The notes beneath the pieces are model-generated. The model had not been told where the DNA came from. It saw only the letters and a list, made by a program, of their open reading frames with translations, and ran no database searches. From an uncultured archaeon (GTDB taxonomy: Archaea; Asgardarchaeota; Thorarchaeia; Thorarchaeales; Thorarchaeaceae): a stretch of 32,000 nt of DNA. Shown piece by piece: positions 17,301 through 25,239 of the stretch (the first letter of the stretch is position 1; every line of letters begins with the position of its first letter). Position numbers and translations under genes: made by a program. Where the stretch lies: the NCBI GenBank assembly GCA_964648855.1, contig CAZYLT010000021.1:1-32000 (forward strand), given 5' to 3'.

Positions 17301-18968
17301 ATTGTTACATCGCTATCTCAAAATGATGAACAGTTTCTCTTCGGACAGCTGATTGAGGTTGAGGAACTACTCTCCCCTATGACCATACTGGCCATAGAGA
17401 ATCCAAAGGATCCAGCTCAGCTACTAGTTGGATTCTTTTCCTCGGACAGGAGAAAGGACGGCAGGGGATTTGAGTGGGGCATTATTGACCTCGCCTCTTC
17501 TAGCAATGATTTGACCAAACTCGTTCAGAATTCTCCTCGGATCAATCTATTACTTCGTCACGACGGGGAAACTCTGATTTCATGGGCAATGGATTCGGAC
17601 TCGCAAGACTGGTACTTGCATGGAATGATGGAAGTAATACCAGGAGAGAAACTGGGTTCTAGCGGCATTTTGCGTGCTGTTAGATTAAGTGACTGCAAAG
17701 GGCCTTCTACATACCCTAAAGCAACAGTTCCGGAAGAGTTCTCAGGGAGGGTTGACGAGGCCATAAGAAGAGTCCTGTCTTTGTCCGAAGATGCGGAACG
17801 AGTGAGTATTCGCCTAGACTGGACAGAAATAGGGTGCACTGCGGAGATAGTGAATGCAGATGAGAAATCCATTGCGACTCTTACCTATAGACATACCGCC
17901 AATCTCGTTAACGTCTTGACTTTGACCAAGAATGGCTCTCCTATCCGACTGGACACCGGAGAACTTGTCTATTGGGACCGCTTCAGTGGTATTGCTTACG
18001 GCGAACTCTCAATCATGGGAGCCATGGCTGAAACCTACATTCCTGATACTGCCCCCGTAAACCTACCTGCCAAGCTGTCAGATATCTCATCTCTTCCAGA
18101 AGGAACGGTTCTTACTGTTGAGATTGTTCACAACCAAGAGCAGTGTCCGATTTCAACTCATAGCAAACGAAGCCATGGCAGATGTTGGAGCGTAAATATG
18201 CTATCGGATGATGAGGAAACACGTACCATCTTTCAAGGACTCTATACTGATAGGGAACTCTACCTGTTATTGTCACCCAAGAAGATGCTCATAGGAAACC
18301 AGATCTGTGAACTTGAAATAGAGGTACCATCATCTCTGCAAGAGGGCGAAGGAATAGTTCTCCGTGAGAGTGGCTTTGTAACAAGGCTGCTACCTGATTC
18401 AGCGCCGAGGTATACAAGACTCACTCCAGGTACTTACGTTCGGGAGGACACGCAGAAGTGGAGGGTGTCCATCTCCGTGAATCGTGACCACCTGATTTGG
18501 TCTGGTCAGTCTTCTCTCACAGGAGATAACTGGAAGAAGAAAACCTACACATTTCCACTAGACTATGCAAGGCAGCTATCTGAGGTACAAGAAGAACTCT
18601 GGAATGCCGTTACATTGGAGATTCCGGCTGAGAAGTTGGAGAATCCACGTCTGCTGAAATCAAGCATGACAACTATCCTTCAAGGTCAAGGATTCAGTGA
18701 TGGCCCACTCAAAGTAAAGATAGAACTAACTAAGACGCGAAACACACTCACCCAAACAATTCGAAAAGCTGAGGGGGATTGTTCTATCATTGAGACGCAG
18801 GAGATTACTATTAATCCGAATGAACACAAAGAAACCTTGACCGATGCAATCTATTATCAGATGGAGGAAGGGCTACTATCGAGGTTCGAGATAGTAAATA
18901 AAGATGGGTTTCTTGAAACCCTGAATGAGTTATTAGACCAACCTCGGAGCAAGGACTCGTCTAATTAA
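14352..18968 (+). CDS. Giant (1538 aa) hypothetical protein with RecB/Cas4-like PD-(D/E)xK nuclease domain and degenerate P-loop-like domain
   Basis: KIGSIVH..AELPL...GRADL...VVEIKT...QQLKAYA motif series; later SIGSSGKS, LVWFDL, IIIVSGWD. Confidence 0.7.
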   Translation: MIDVSGTRGPRSRPLPKHPNRVQVEAMLTGLSTHVYLQGTLKNTVTAHYHESSRSILKRGKEAYYISKAVGNPDFSHVTATENNIRKNGLDLLEENAAAYGCTETKRARKWYEEVGPLNQRLNAGGAALRECAVLDYPMGQGRQLIAEDGSETGYGYHGDSRAPAYNLIHKTLPELDFVDSVRYHIQVLNTDCYIFEVPVRDTRRYSNLFLLRARKYLDNIYTEHKYGEKGFRKGTLRILRELRNDIRRHYNTRSEDSPTVSSSITYHQPTFSMQFFRDAVAEAKRAGVDPLATGELERILRPGTNIIPDAKGKLRPCLRTEDVEHIWKMATDRGRKIGSIVHGHITDLFDSFRSAGDAIRNDDRDRINRDTVRIVAELPLETKLGKGRADLTVFRREVAPQRLKTFYRPQMVVEIKTRSAFDFSLGYDIRPSESRARYGKPPRVVPEFEVEPRPLTKKEWEAVVDEFPRQQTQQQLKAYADALSESFASVSGTEDCAPVIKATLLIDPSTSNPESRKTIRALILHALDTIQTEGKIEERMVFKVDKQPADTEMVLVVHKQNYSQDNIGEVVPPEWRPAYDPLFGSGSRKMRFILHLSAASIGSSGKSAARISGYHHGMRLLYEIVHNKPQTDLVWFDLADDFQYGPLAEVRLRLRTPDEEHDSPEELYGLFERIRFEGLFSEIQRYLYEDGFLPDIRHHLGEPRDSDRIIIVSGWDRIRESTPAPYRKRLNMLLGHILRQIPDIEKTTILWFDLPVRYERVSSAYRMRCFLPFYDNSLLRGEVTEMMWNLPCPPPDVLDPDEWYLPVIPKTPMFDDIRTIIKQKADGFEVSLAHVPPLANWADKFRTEDFSNKGPPPVSIDKAVPRLQIRNKIKGLALSLLPWLAELHPGQIVSLENDTKRAGEFVRSYVSSQLPSLDDMGVVSEHKARTTPQSNELDQIRFRTCVPRTGKSFQQMTAGKINTHRLYRSEEETRTKRRPSHPIVTSLSQNDEQFLFGQLIEVEELLSPMTILAIENPKDPAQLLVGFFSSDRRKDGRGFEWGIIDLASSSNDLTKLVQNSPRINLLLRHDGETLISWAMDSDSQDWYLHGMMEVIPGEKLGSSGILRAVRLSDCKGPSTYPKATVPEEFSGRVDEAIRRVLSLSEDAERVSIRLDWTEIGCTAEIVNADEKSIATLTYRHTANLVNVLTLTKNGSPIRLDTGELVYWDRFSGIAYGELSIMGAMAETYIPDTAPVNLPAKLSDISSLPEGTVLTVEIVHNQEQCPISTHSKRSHGRCWSVNMLSDDEETRTIFQGLYTDRELYLLLSPKKMLIGNQICELEIEVPSSLQEGEGIVLRESGFVTRLLPDSAPRYTRLTPGTYVREDTQKWRVSISVNRDHLIWSGQSSLTGDNWKKKTYTFPLDYARQLSEVQEELWNAVTLEIPAEKLENPRLLKSSMTTILQGQGFSDGPLKVKIELTKTRNTLTQTIRKAEGDCSIIETQEITINPNEHKETLTDAIYYQMEEGLLSRFEIVNKDGFLETLNELLDQPRSKDSSN

Positions 18969-18977
18969 TGTCCTATA

Positions 18978-19021
18978 CTTCCAAGGCTGTAGCCAAGGTT
19001 CAATTCCCGACGGAAGCACAA
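18978..19021 (+). repeat. Degenerate 3' half of tRNA-Gly(TCC), att-like scar
   Basis: CTTCCAA GGCTG TAGC CAAGG TTCAATT CCCGA CGGAAGC ACAA, collinear with 12241-12284. Confidence 0.85.
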
Positions 19022-19136
19022 CTATTTCAGCCCTAGAATTGAATATTTACAGAAATGGTCCATCTCTAGTTCTAAGCATACATATATTATGAGAAGGTTT
19101 TTCTGGTTTCACCTTCATATTTTGCCTGGTGGGACG

Positions 19137-20177
19137 GTGCGAATACTACATACCTCTGATTTACATTTGACCAACGAAAGGCCGGAAACCATTGACGCCT
19201 TGAAAGAGTTACTAAAAGTGGCTTCTACGAAGGAGGTAGACTTTCTCACTATCAGTGGTGATGTTTTTGAAAATCCGTCAGAAGCAGACAAGCTAAGAAC
19301 GAAACTGAGGAATCTTTTCAAAGAAGTAGACTATAGAATAATTGCAATACCGGGAAACCATGATGGAACTATACTAAGCCAAGATTTTGATTTTGGTTTT
19401 GAGGTGATCAATGAGATCCCCTTTGGTACCATAATTTCGGACGACTTGTCAATTATAGGGATTCCCTATACTGACAGCCCTTCAGATGAGCTACTGCTAA
19501 ATCTTAAGAAAGCACAACAAGACTGCCCTATTCGTATTTTACTTGTTCACTGTACGCTGGATTGGGGATACAGTTCTGAATCCTATGGTGATGAAGATGA
19601 AAAATCCTATTTTCCAGTTAGCCGCGACCAGCTTTCTGCACTGGGCTTTGATTACATTCTTGCAGGACATTTTCATTCAAGAACTGATATAATCAAATTG
19701 AAGGGAGGAGGCACCTTTGTCTACCCCGGCTCTCCAGTGTCACATACCAGAAAGGAGAGCGAAAAACGGCATGCTGTTCTCATTGATACGGAATCAAACT
19801 CCTTGGAATCTATTCCTTTGAATACTAGATATTTCGACCAATTAGTCCTAAAGGTTGCGCCGGGGAAAGAGCAGGAAACAGAATCCGAAATTCGGGAATG
19901 GTATTCTGAACGAAAAGACGATGACTGTGAAATGCACATCATTGTCAGAGGTGCAATAGAAAGGAAAGAAAAGGAATTCGAAGATTCGATTGCTGAGATA
20001 GCTCCTGATACCGAGATTTGGAATGAAACCAAAGATGTGAAGACCGTTTTAAAGCACGACTTGTTCAGACGATTCAAAAAGAAAATAGAGAACAATGAAC
20101 AGATTGCCGATATCGAGGGTATCGAGGAAACGGTAATGGAGGTCATGTCCAATTTAATGGGAGCGGATGAGATATGA
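19137..20177 (+). CDS. Mre11/SbcD-like metallophosphoesterase nuclease (YhaO-like)
   Basis: ILHTSDLH, SGDVFE, PGNHD, LLVH, LAGHFH, YPGSP motifs; GTG start at 19137 preferred over 19089. Confidence 0.92.
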   Translation: MRILHTSDLHLTNERPETIDALKELLKVASTKEVDFLTISGDVFENPSEADKLRTKLRNLFKEVDYRIIAIPGNHDGTILSQDFDFGFEVINEIPFGTIISDDLSIIGIPYTDSPSDELLLNLKKAQQDCPIRILLVHCTLDWGYSSESYGDEDEKSYFPVSRDQLSALGFDYILAGHFHSRTDIIKLKGGGTFVYPGSPVSHTRKESEKRHAVLIDTESNSLESIPLNTRYFDQLVLKVAPGKEQETESEIREWYSERKDDDCEMHIIVRGAIERKEKEFEDSIAEIAPDTEIWNETKDVKTVLKHDLFRRFKKKIENNEQIADIEGIEETVMEVMSNLMGADEI

Positions 20178-22141
20178 CCTTTAAGATTCGCCAAATCGGT
20201 ATCAGTAAATATGGTCCTCTAGAGGACTGTAAAATAGATCTCAATCCGAATTTCCAATGCATTTTTGGGCCTAACGAATCGGGAAAGACACTGATAATCG
20301 ATGCAGTGTTAAAGATGGCTCTGCCCTCCAAACTTCACACATATCTTGCAGAGGATTTGCAGAGAGTTGATGGTAAAGCTCATGGATGGATTACAATTGA
20401 TGTGGATGGGACGAAACACGAAATATCGGATAGTAAAAAAGCAAACGAGATTTTGCCAATAGATCTGGAAAACCTCCGTGACCTCCTCGTTGTGCGTAAC
20501 TCAGACTTGTATAATTTCAATGAGGCAGGATGTCTTAGCAGAGCAACTGACTTGATGATGGGGTTGCGTACTGAAGAGATTGAAAGGATACAAGAGGCTT
20601 TGAAAGAAAGAGGTCAGCTAACTCCCACAAATCTTGATATTTCTACAGCTGGTGGCCCAGAAAGTGCAGGAAATCAAATAAGTCTGGCAAGGGAACTTCG
20701 TTCTGATATCGGGAAATACCTTGCAGAGGTTGGAAACACAGAGGTTTCAGAGGCAGAGTCAAAAATAATACGGTTAACCACTGAACTAGAAGCAAGCAAA
20801 CATATCGAAGCAGAACTGATTGAAGCTAGGAACCTGGCGGAATTCAGGAAACTGAAGGCATCTTTGGAAAGGGGGCGCAATGCCTTCGGACAATTAGTTG
20901 AATCACAGGAGGATGTCGTTCAGGCTGGCATTAGTGAGATATCCACCTATCGTGATTTTGACCAGGATTACAATAGTCTTGAGCAGAAACAGCAAAAAGT
21001 AGGCAGGTGGATTATTCTAAGTCTAACAGGATCTGTTCTATTAGGGATACTCTCCCAATTGCTCAACAGCATTATAGTGGGAGTCACTCAGTCGCTAGTT
21101 ATGCTAGGTATTTTCATTGGTATGCTAGTGTACTGGAGGAGTATCTCCAAGGATTTGTATACAATCAGAGAGTCTAGAAAGTCAATTATCTACATAGCAC
21201 GGGACCTAGGGTCAAATACCGTAGAAGTGGAAGAAGCTATTGAAGCAATCAGAAAGAAAAGCAAAGAAATTGAAGAATGGAAAGACTCTCTAACTGAAAG
21301 CGTTGGTAGCATCAAGTCTCTGTTAGATTTGAAATCAGGTACAAAAGAGGAAGCCTTGGCACTAGCTGAACAAGCTGTTGCTAATCGTAAGCCCGATATC
21401 AACGAAGACATTGACCGGAAATATGATGATAATAAGTACAAAGAAGTCAAGGAATCTATAGAAGAGAAGAGGGAACGAATAGAAAAACTCCGGGAGAATC
21501 TTAGAAATCACCAGAGCTCCTTAGGAAATTTCAAGACAAGATTTGGAAAGCTCCATTTTCAACAATACCTAGGTCGTCCAGCAGATTACAGTCCAGACAG
21601 TATCGACTCTTTGCCAAAAGTCCAAGTCGAATTGAAACATTTCATATCATCAATTGAAGAAACTGCAACTCAATGCGCGATTGCTGTGAAACTCTTTGAT
21701 GAGCTTGCTGAAGAAGAGCAAAACAAAATATCAGAATTACTTTCAAAGAACAGTCGCGCCTCAGAGATTTTTTCCAATATAACCCATAGACGCTACTCGG
21801 AAATAACTTACTTATCAGAAAAAAAGGCAATCCGGGTTAGAAGGCAAGACGGCAGTGAGATGCGAATTTTGAATTTGAGTAAGGGGACGAAGGACCAAAT
21901 GTATCTGTCCGTCCGGCTTGCATTAGCCGAACAGATTCTAAGAGGAAAACCTGGGTTTTTTGTTCTAGATGATCCTTTCATTGCATCTGATTTGGAGCGA
22001 CGAGCAATACAGATTGAGATGTTGAAGAAAATGACTGATGAAGGGTGGCAGGTTCTGTACTTCACGGCTAATGAAAACCTTGCCAACGAACTCAAATCAA
22101 AATTCAAGACAAACTATGTTACTCTCCCCCCTCTGAAGTGA
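20174..22141 (+). CDS. Rad50/SbcC-like SMC ATPase with central hydrophobic hairpin (YhaN-like)
   Basis: Walker A GPNESGKT, coiled coils, LSKG signature, Walker B VLDDPF; ATGA overlap with the upstream gene; two TM-like helices and no CxxC hook. Confidence 0.9.
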   Translation: MTFKIRQIGISKYGPLEDCKIDLNPNFQCIFGPNESGKTLIIDAVLKMALPSKLHTYLAEDLQRVDGKAHGWITIDVDGTKHEISDSKKANEILPIDLENLRDLLVVRNSDLYNFNEAGCLSRATDLMMGLRTEEIERIQEALKERGQLTPTNLDISTAGGPESAGNQISLARELRSDIGKYLAEVGNTEVSEAESKIIRLTTELEASKHIEAELIEARNLAEFRKLKASLERGRNAFGQLVESQEDVVQAGISEISTYRDFDQDYNSLEQKQQKVGRWIILSLTGSVLLGILSQLLNSIIVGVTQSLVMLGIFIGMLVYWRSISKDLYTIRESRKSIIYIARDLGSNTVEVEEAIEAIRKKSKEIEEWKDSLTESVGSIKSLLDLKSGTKEEALALAEQAVANRKPDINEDIDRKYDDNKYKEVKESIEEKRERIEKLRENLRNHQSSLGNFKTRFGKLHFQQYLGRPADYSPDSIDSLPKVQVELKHFISSIEETATQCAIAVKLFDELAEEEQNKISELLSKNSRASEIFSNITHRRYSEITYLSEKKAIRVRRQDGSEMRILNLSKGTKDQMYLSVRLALAEQILRGKPGFFVLDDPFIASDLERRAIQIEMLKKMTDEGWQVLYFTANENLANELKSKFKTNYVTLPPLK

Positions 22142-22187
22142 CCCTTCCAAGGTTCTGACCCGGGTTCAATTCCCGGCGGCCGCACCA
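22141..22187 (+). repeat. Well-preserved 3' half of tRNA-Gly(TCC) of a different allele, att-like scar
   Basis: ACC CTTCCAA GGTTC TGAC CCGGG TTCAATT CCCGG CGGCCGC ACCA. Confidence 0.92.
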
Positions 22188-22227
22188 TCTGATTTTCAAT
22201 GGTACATCCCTCATGATTTGATACATT

Positions 22228-22307
22228 ATGAAATCGCAAAAGTGAGTGAGCTCCTGTAGTCAACTTACGTGTTCCACCCTTTTTCCTCTTAGTGTCGCCA
22301 TCATCTC
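22228..22307 (-). ncRNA. Orphan diverged copy of the tnpB-downstream (omegaRNA-like) sequence
   Basis: Shares blocks ATGAAAT, GAGTGA, ACTT, GTGTTC, CCCTT, AGTGTCGCCA.CA.CTC with near-identical spacing to 12302-12380. Confidence 0.6.
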
Positions 22308-22386
22308 CCCGATTCTTGGAAGCAATCCATTCTTCTCGTAAGAAGACTCAAATTGGAATTCTTCTCATCCTGATGAGGTTGTAAAT

Positions 22387-22971
22387 GTGAACGCTGATAG
22401 ACTCCTTCCTCAACACAACCGCTTTCAACCTCCTGACGTTGGTTTATTACCCGGTGAAGAAATCGTCTGGACAAGAAAAGCAGGAATCAGCTTCTGGACC
22501 ATTTGTCTCGGGGTCATACTTGCTATTGCTGGTCTAACTATTATATTCATAACAGCCGATGATTTTGGAGTTACAGAATCTGCTCCTGCTACCATTGTTC
22601 TTTTAGCTGGATTTGTAATCTTTCTATTCTCCTACTATCGCCGCCGCAAAACGAGATACTACATCACTGATGCTAGAATTTTGACGACATATAGAGGATA
22701 TATCACCAAGGAGATTTCACTCGCAAATTTCTCTGGGAAGTCGATGGGGCAATTCATCGAGTCTAGAGTAGCTCACACTGCGAATGGTATGCCTATATTT
22801 GATATTCATATTTATGATCCTTTATCTGAGGACATCATGGAGTTAAAGGGTTTGGACAACTACTCTGTTTCCACCCTCGAAAGGATTGGGCAGGTACGAG
22901 AATGTCAATACTGCAATTTCGATAACATGTCCATCAGTACAATCTGCAAGAACTGCGGCGCAGTTTTGTAA
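22387..22971 (+). CDS. Membrane protein with 2 TM helices, bacterial PH-like domain and C-terminal zinc ribbon
   Basis: LLPGEEIVW, two hydrophobic helices, TRYYITDARI, CQYC..CKNCGAVL. Confidence 0.75.
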   Translation: MNADRLLPQHNRFQPPDVGLLPGEEIVWTRKAGISFWTICLGVILAIAGLTIIFITADDFGVTESAPATIVLLAGFVIFLFSYYRRRKTRYYITDARILTTYRGYITKEISLANFSGKSMGQFIESRVAHTANGMPIFDIHIYDPLSEDIMELKGLDNYSVSTLERIGQVRECQYCNFDNMSISTICKNCGAVL

Positions 22972-23085
22972 TAGGCCGTCATTGAAAGAAACCAACTGAT
23001 GAAGGCCATCTAATCTACTTCATGGGCTCTTCCAAGTTTTCTGGACTTGGAGGCGGGCTAACTAGAGAAATCAAAAACAAGCGGA

Positions 23086-23232
23086 ATGAAATCAGTGGCA
23101 GCCTTCTCTGGTCGTTTCAATCTTGATTTTGATGATGCATATCACTATAGGGGTTGCGGGAAGTACGATACCGACTTCGCGTGATATGATAGCGACTTTG
23201 ACGAAACCGAATTTATGCGAGTTTAACCTTAA
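23086..23232 (+). pseudogene. Degenerate duplicate of the 3' third of the vapC gene
   Basis: Gap-free alignment to 24245-24391 (shared AATCTTGATTTTGATGATGCATATCA), with premature TGA and TAA. Confidence 0.85.
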
Positions 23233-23744
23233 GAGATGAGTAATGCCATCACCTTTTCCTAGCATGTAGGTTTTGTGACCTTGACAGAATACATGAGCGG
23301 TAGTTGAATCTCCCGGTGCTCATAATACTAGTGACCATCACCACGCTGTTCCGGCTCCTAGATCGTCTACTATTGCTTCATCTACGGGGGTGTGTGTGAA
23401 CAAAACTGCAGATGAGAGGAAATAAGGTACCATCATCACTAGCAATAGCAAGGCGCATAATAAGGAGGCTAAAGGTATCAAAAGGACCTATCCAAGTTCC
23501 CTTTGGTCGGTCTTCATCACGGACAACATGTAAACTAGTCACCATCCGTCCAAAATAATGGTAGTGACCAGCCCTCGTTAAGAGTATCCACCATAAGCAA
23601 CTACTAATCACCACTTCTCCTTCATACGTGTGAACATCTACATGGAGCTATCCTTTTGAGTGGTTTCTAGCATGAGTATTTGAACACCAAACGGAAATTA
23701 GGGACATTCATATACTTTTGAGAGAAATGGTTTACTGAGATTAG

Positions 23745-24005
23745 ATGAAGACAGAAAAGCGCAAAAAGAGAGAGGAAGATCAAGGCCCATCCCCAGATGT
23801 CATATCAGACATTCTGGAGCTGATTTGGTATCTCTCCCCAGAAGAGAGAGGAAAAATTGCATCGGATATCAGAAACTCTTACCTTAATAGAGAAATCGAA
23901 AGAAAGCCGATTTCCTTCTCGTGGGCTGGTGGACTGAAAGACTTTCGGCGCGAATTCACTTCAATTGAGCTTGAGAAGAAGGCCTTAGAGTGGCGAACTA
24001 AATGA
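23745..24005 (+). CDS. Putative antitoxin (DUF2281-like)
   Basis: FSWAGGLKD...TSIELEKKALEWR C-terminus; ATGA overlap with the PIN gene. Confidence 0.75.
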   Translation: MKTEKRKKREEDQGPSPDVISDILELIWYLSPEERGKIASDIRNSYLNREIERKPISFSWAGGLKDFRREFTSIELEKKALEWRTK

Positions 24006-24391
24006 TTCTGCTTGATACCAACATCTTCTTGGAGATCTTGTTGGAGCAAGACAAGGCTGAAGACGCTACGGATTTCATTTCGAACAAACAAAGCAGAGAT
24101 TTATTCATGAGTGATTTCACATTACATTCAATCGGAGTCATCCTATTCAGTAGCAGAATAAACCGTAAAAATCTCTTTGTTGAATTCGTAGAAGATACAA
24201 TCATTCATGGCGGTATTAGAGTAATCCCATTATCACCACTTGACATGGAATCAATGAGAAGTTTCTCCCGTCAGTTTAATCTTGATTTTGATGATGCATA
24301 TCAGTATACGGTTTGCAAGAACTACGATCTCGAATTGGCGTCCTATGATAACGATTTTGATAAAACGGACCTAACGCGAATTGAGCCATAA
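24002..24391 (+). CDS. vapC: PIN-domain toxin (VapC family)
   Basis: ILLDTNIFLE, LDFDDAYQY, SYDNDFD acidic motifs. Confidence 0.9.
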   Translation: MILLDTNIFLEILLEQDKAEDATDFISNKQSRDLFMSDFTLHSIGVILFSSRINRKNLFVEFVEDTIIHGGIRVIPLSPLDMESMRSFSRQFNLDFDDAYQYTVCKNYDLELASYDNDFDKTDLTRIEP

Positions 24392-24417
24392 GATTCTAGA
24401 TGTTCCAATCTTTTTTG

Positions 24418-25239
24418 CTATGACATCGATTTCCTTGCTCGAATAGAATACATCAGTGGTAACTGGATGTCTGGGTCTTCATAATACCAGTAACCATCAT
24501 CTCGCCGTTTGAGAAACGGGAAGCTCTGAAAACTTGCCATGGGGAACTCATGGAGATACTCAATTCTGAGTCCTGCTTGGGCGATGGATGTGACGACTTC
24601 CCCCATTCCATGTGCCCACTCATAGTCTACACAGGGCTCAAACTCCTGCTCGGTTTCTGCGTATGAGCCATCAACATCAAACTGATATGGTTCCGGGTCA
24701 TGAAAATAAGAATACTTGAGTTTGAAGTCATTAGCATCTTCGTTGTCGAACATCCATATCACCGGATGGAACTCGGCAATATAGAATAGCCCTCCAGGTT
24801 TCACAAAATACTCGACAATCTCAGCCCATCTTTGTAGGTCGGGAAGCCAGCAGTGCACTCCATAGGACGTGAATACTATGTCGAATTTATCATCCAAAAC
24901 CTCTGGTAAATCATAGATATTAGACCCGATAAAGCGCGCATCTAGTTGGGTCAGTTCCCCTAGTTTGCGTGCAAGATTGATTGCCTCACTAGAGAAGTCG
25001 ACACCCGTCACTATTGCACCTTCACGAGCCCATGAGAGTGTATCAAGTCCAAAATGGCACTGCAAATGAAGAAGCGTTTTGCCTTTTACGTCACCTACTT
25101 CTTCGCGTTCTATGGAGTTGAGTGTTGTTTCCCCGTCTAAGAACTCCTTTGTCTTGTACGTTTTCGAGTCGTAGTGTAGTTTAGCAAACTCATCCCACAT
25201 CTTTTGATTGGCTTCGAAGTACTTTTTCAGATGTTTCAT
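24418..25239 (-). CDS. Class I SAM-dependent methyltransferase
   Basis: LLHLQCHFGLDT, GVDFS, FDIVFTSYG, VKPGG motifs. Confidence 0.92.
   Translation of the reverse strand: MKHLKKYFEANQKMWDEFAKLHYDSKTYKTKEFLDGETTLNSIEREEVGDVKGKTLLHLQCHFGLDTLSWAREGAIVTGVDFSSEAINLARKLGELTQLDARFIGSNIYDLPEVLDDKFDIVFTSYGVHCWLPDLQRWAEIVEYFVKPGGLFYIAEFHPVIWMFDNEDANDFKLKYSYFHDPEPYQFDVDGSYAETEQEFEPCVDYEWAHGMGEVVTSIAQAGLRIEYLHEFPMASFQSFPFLKRRDDGYWYYEDPDIQLPLMYSIRARKSMS

Noticed and set aside
11862-22187. Trans-spliced split tRNA or giant intron at position 37/38
   Set aside because: The break is at the canonical archaeal intron site, but the 3' halves repeat the CTTCCA loop, and I see no complementary leader/trailer or bulge-helix-bulge. 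An intact tRNA is present.
23029-23052. CTTCCAAG as a further tRNA half (similar short matches near 26866 and 28408)
   Set aside because: No T-arm or acceptor sequence follows; the 23031-23051 match is part of a simple hairpin TCCAAGT..ACTTGGA.
23240-23640. Short recurring TAGT(G/C)ACCA words and ORF 23378-23614
   Set aside because: Irregular spacing, short matches and no recognisable protein; probably decayed sequence.
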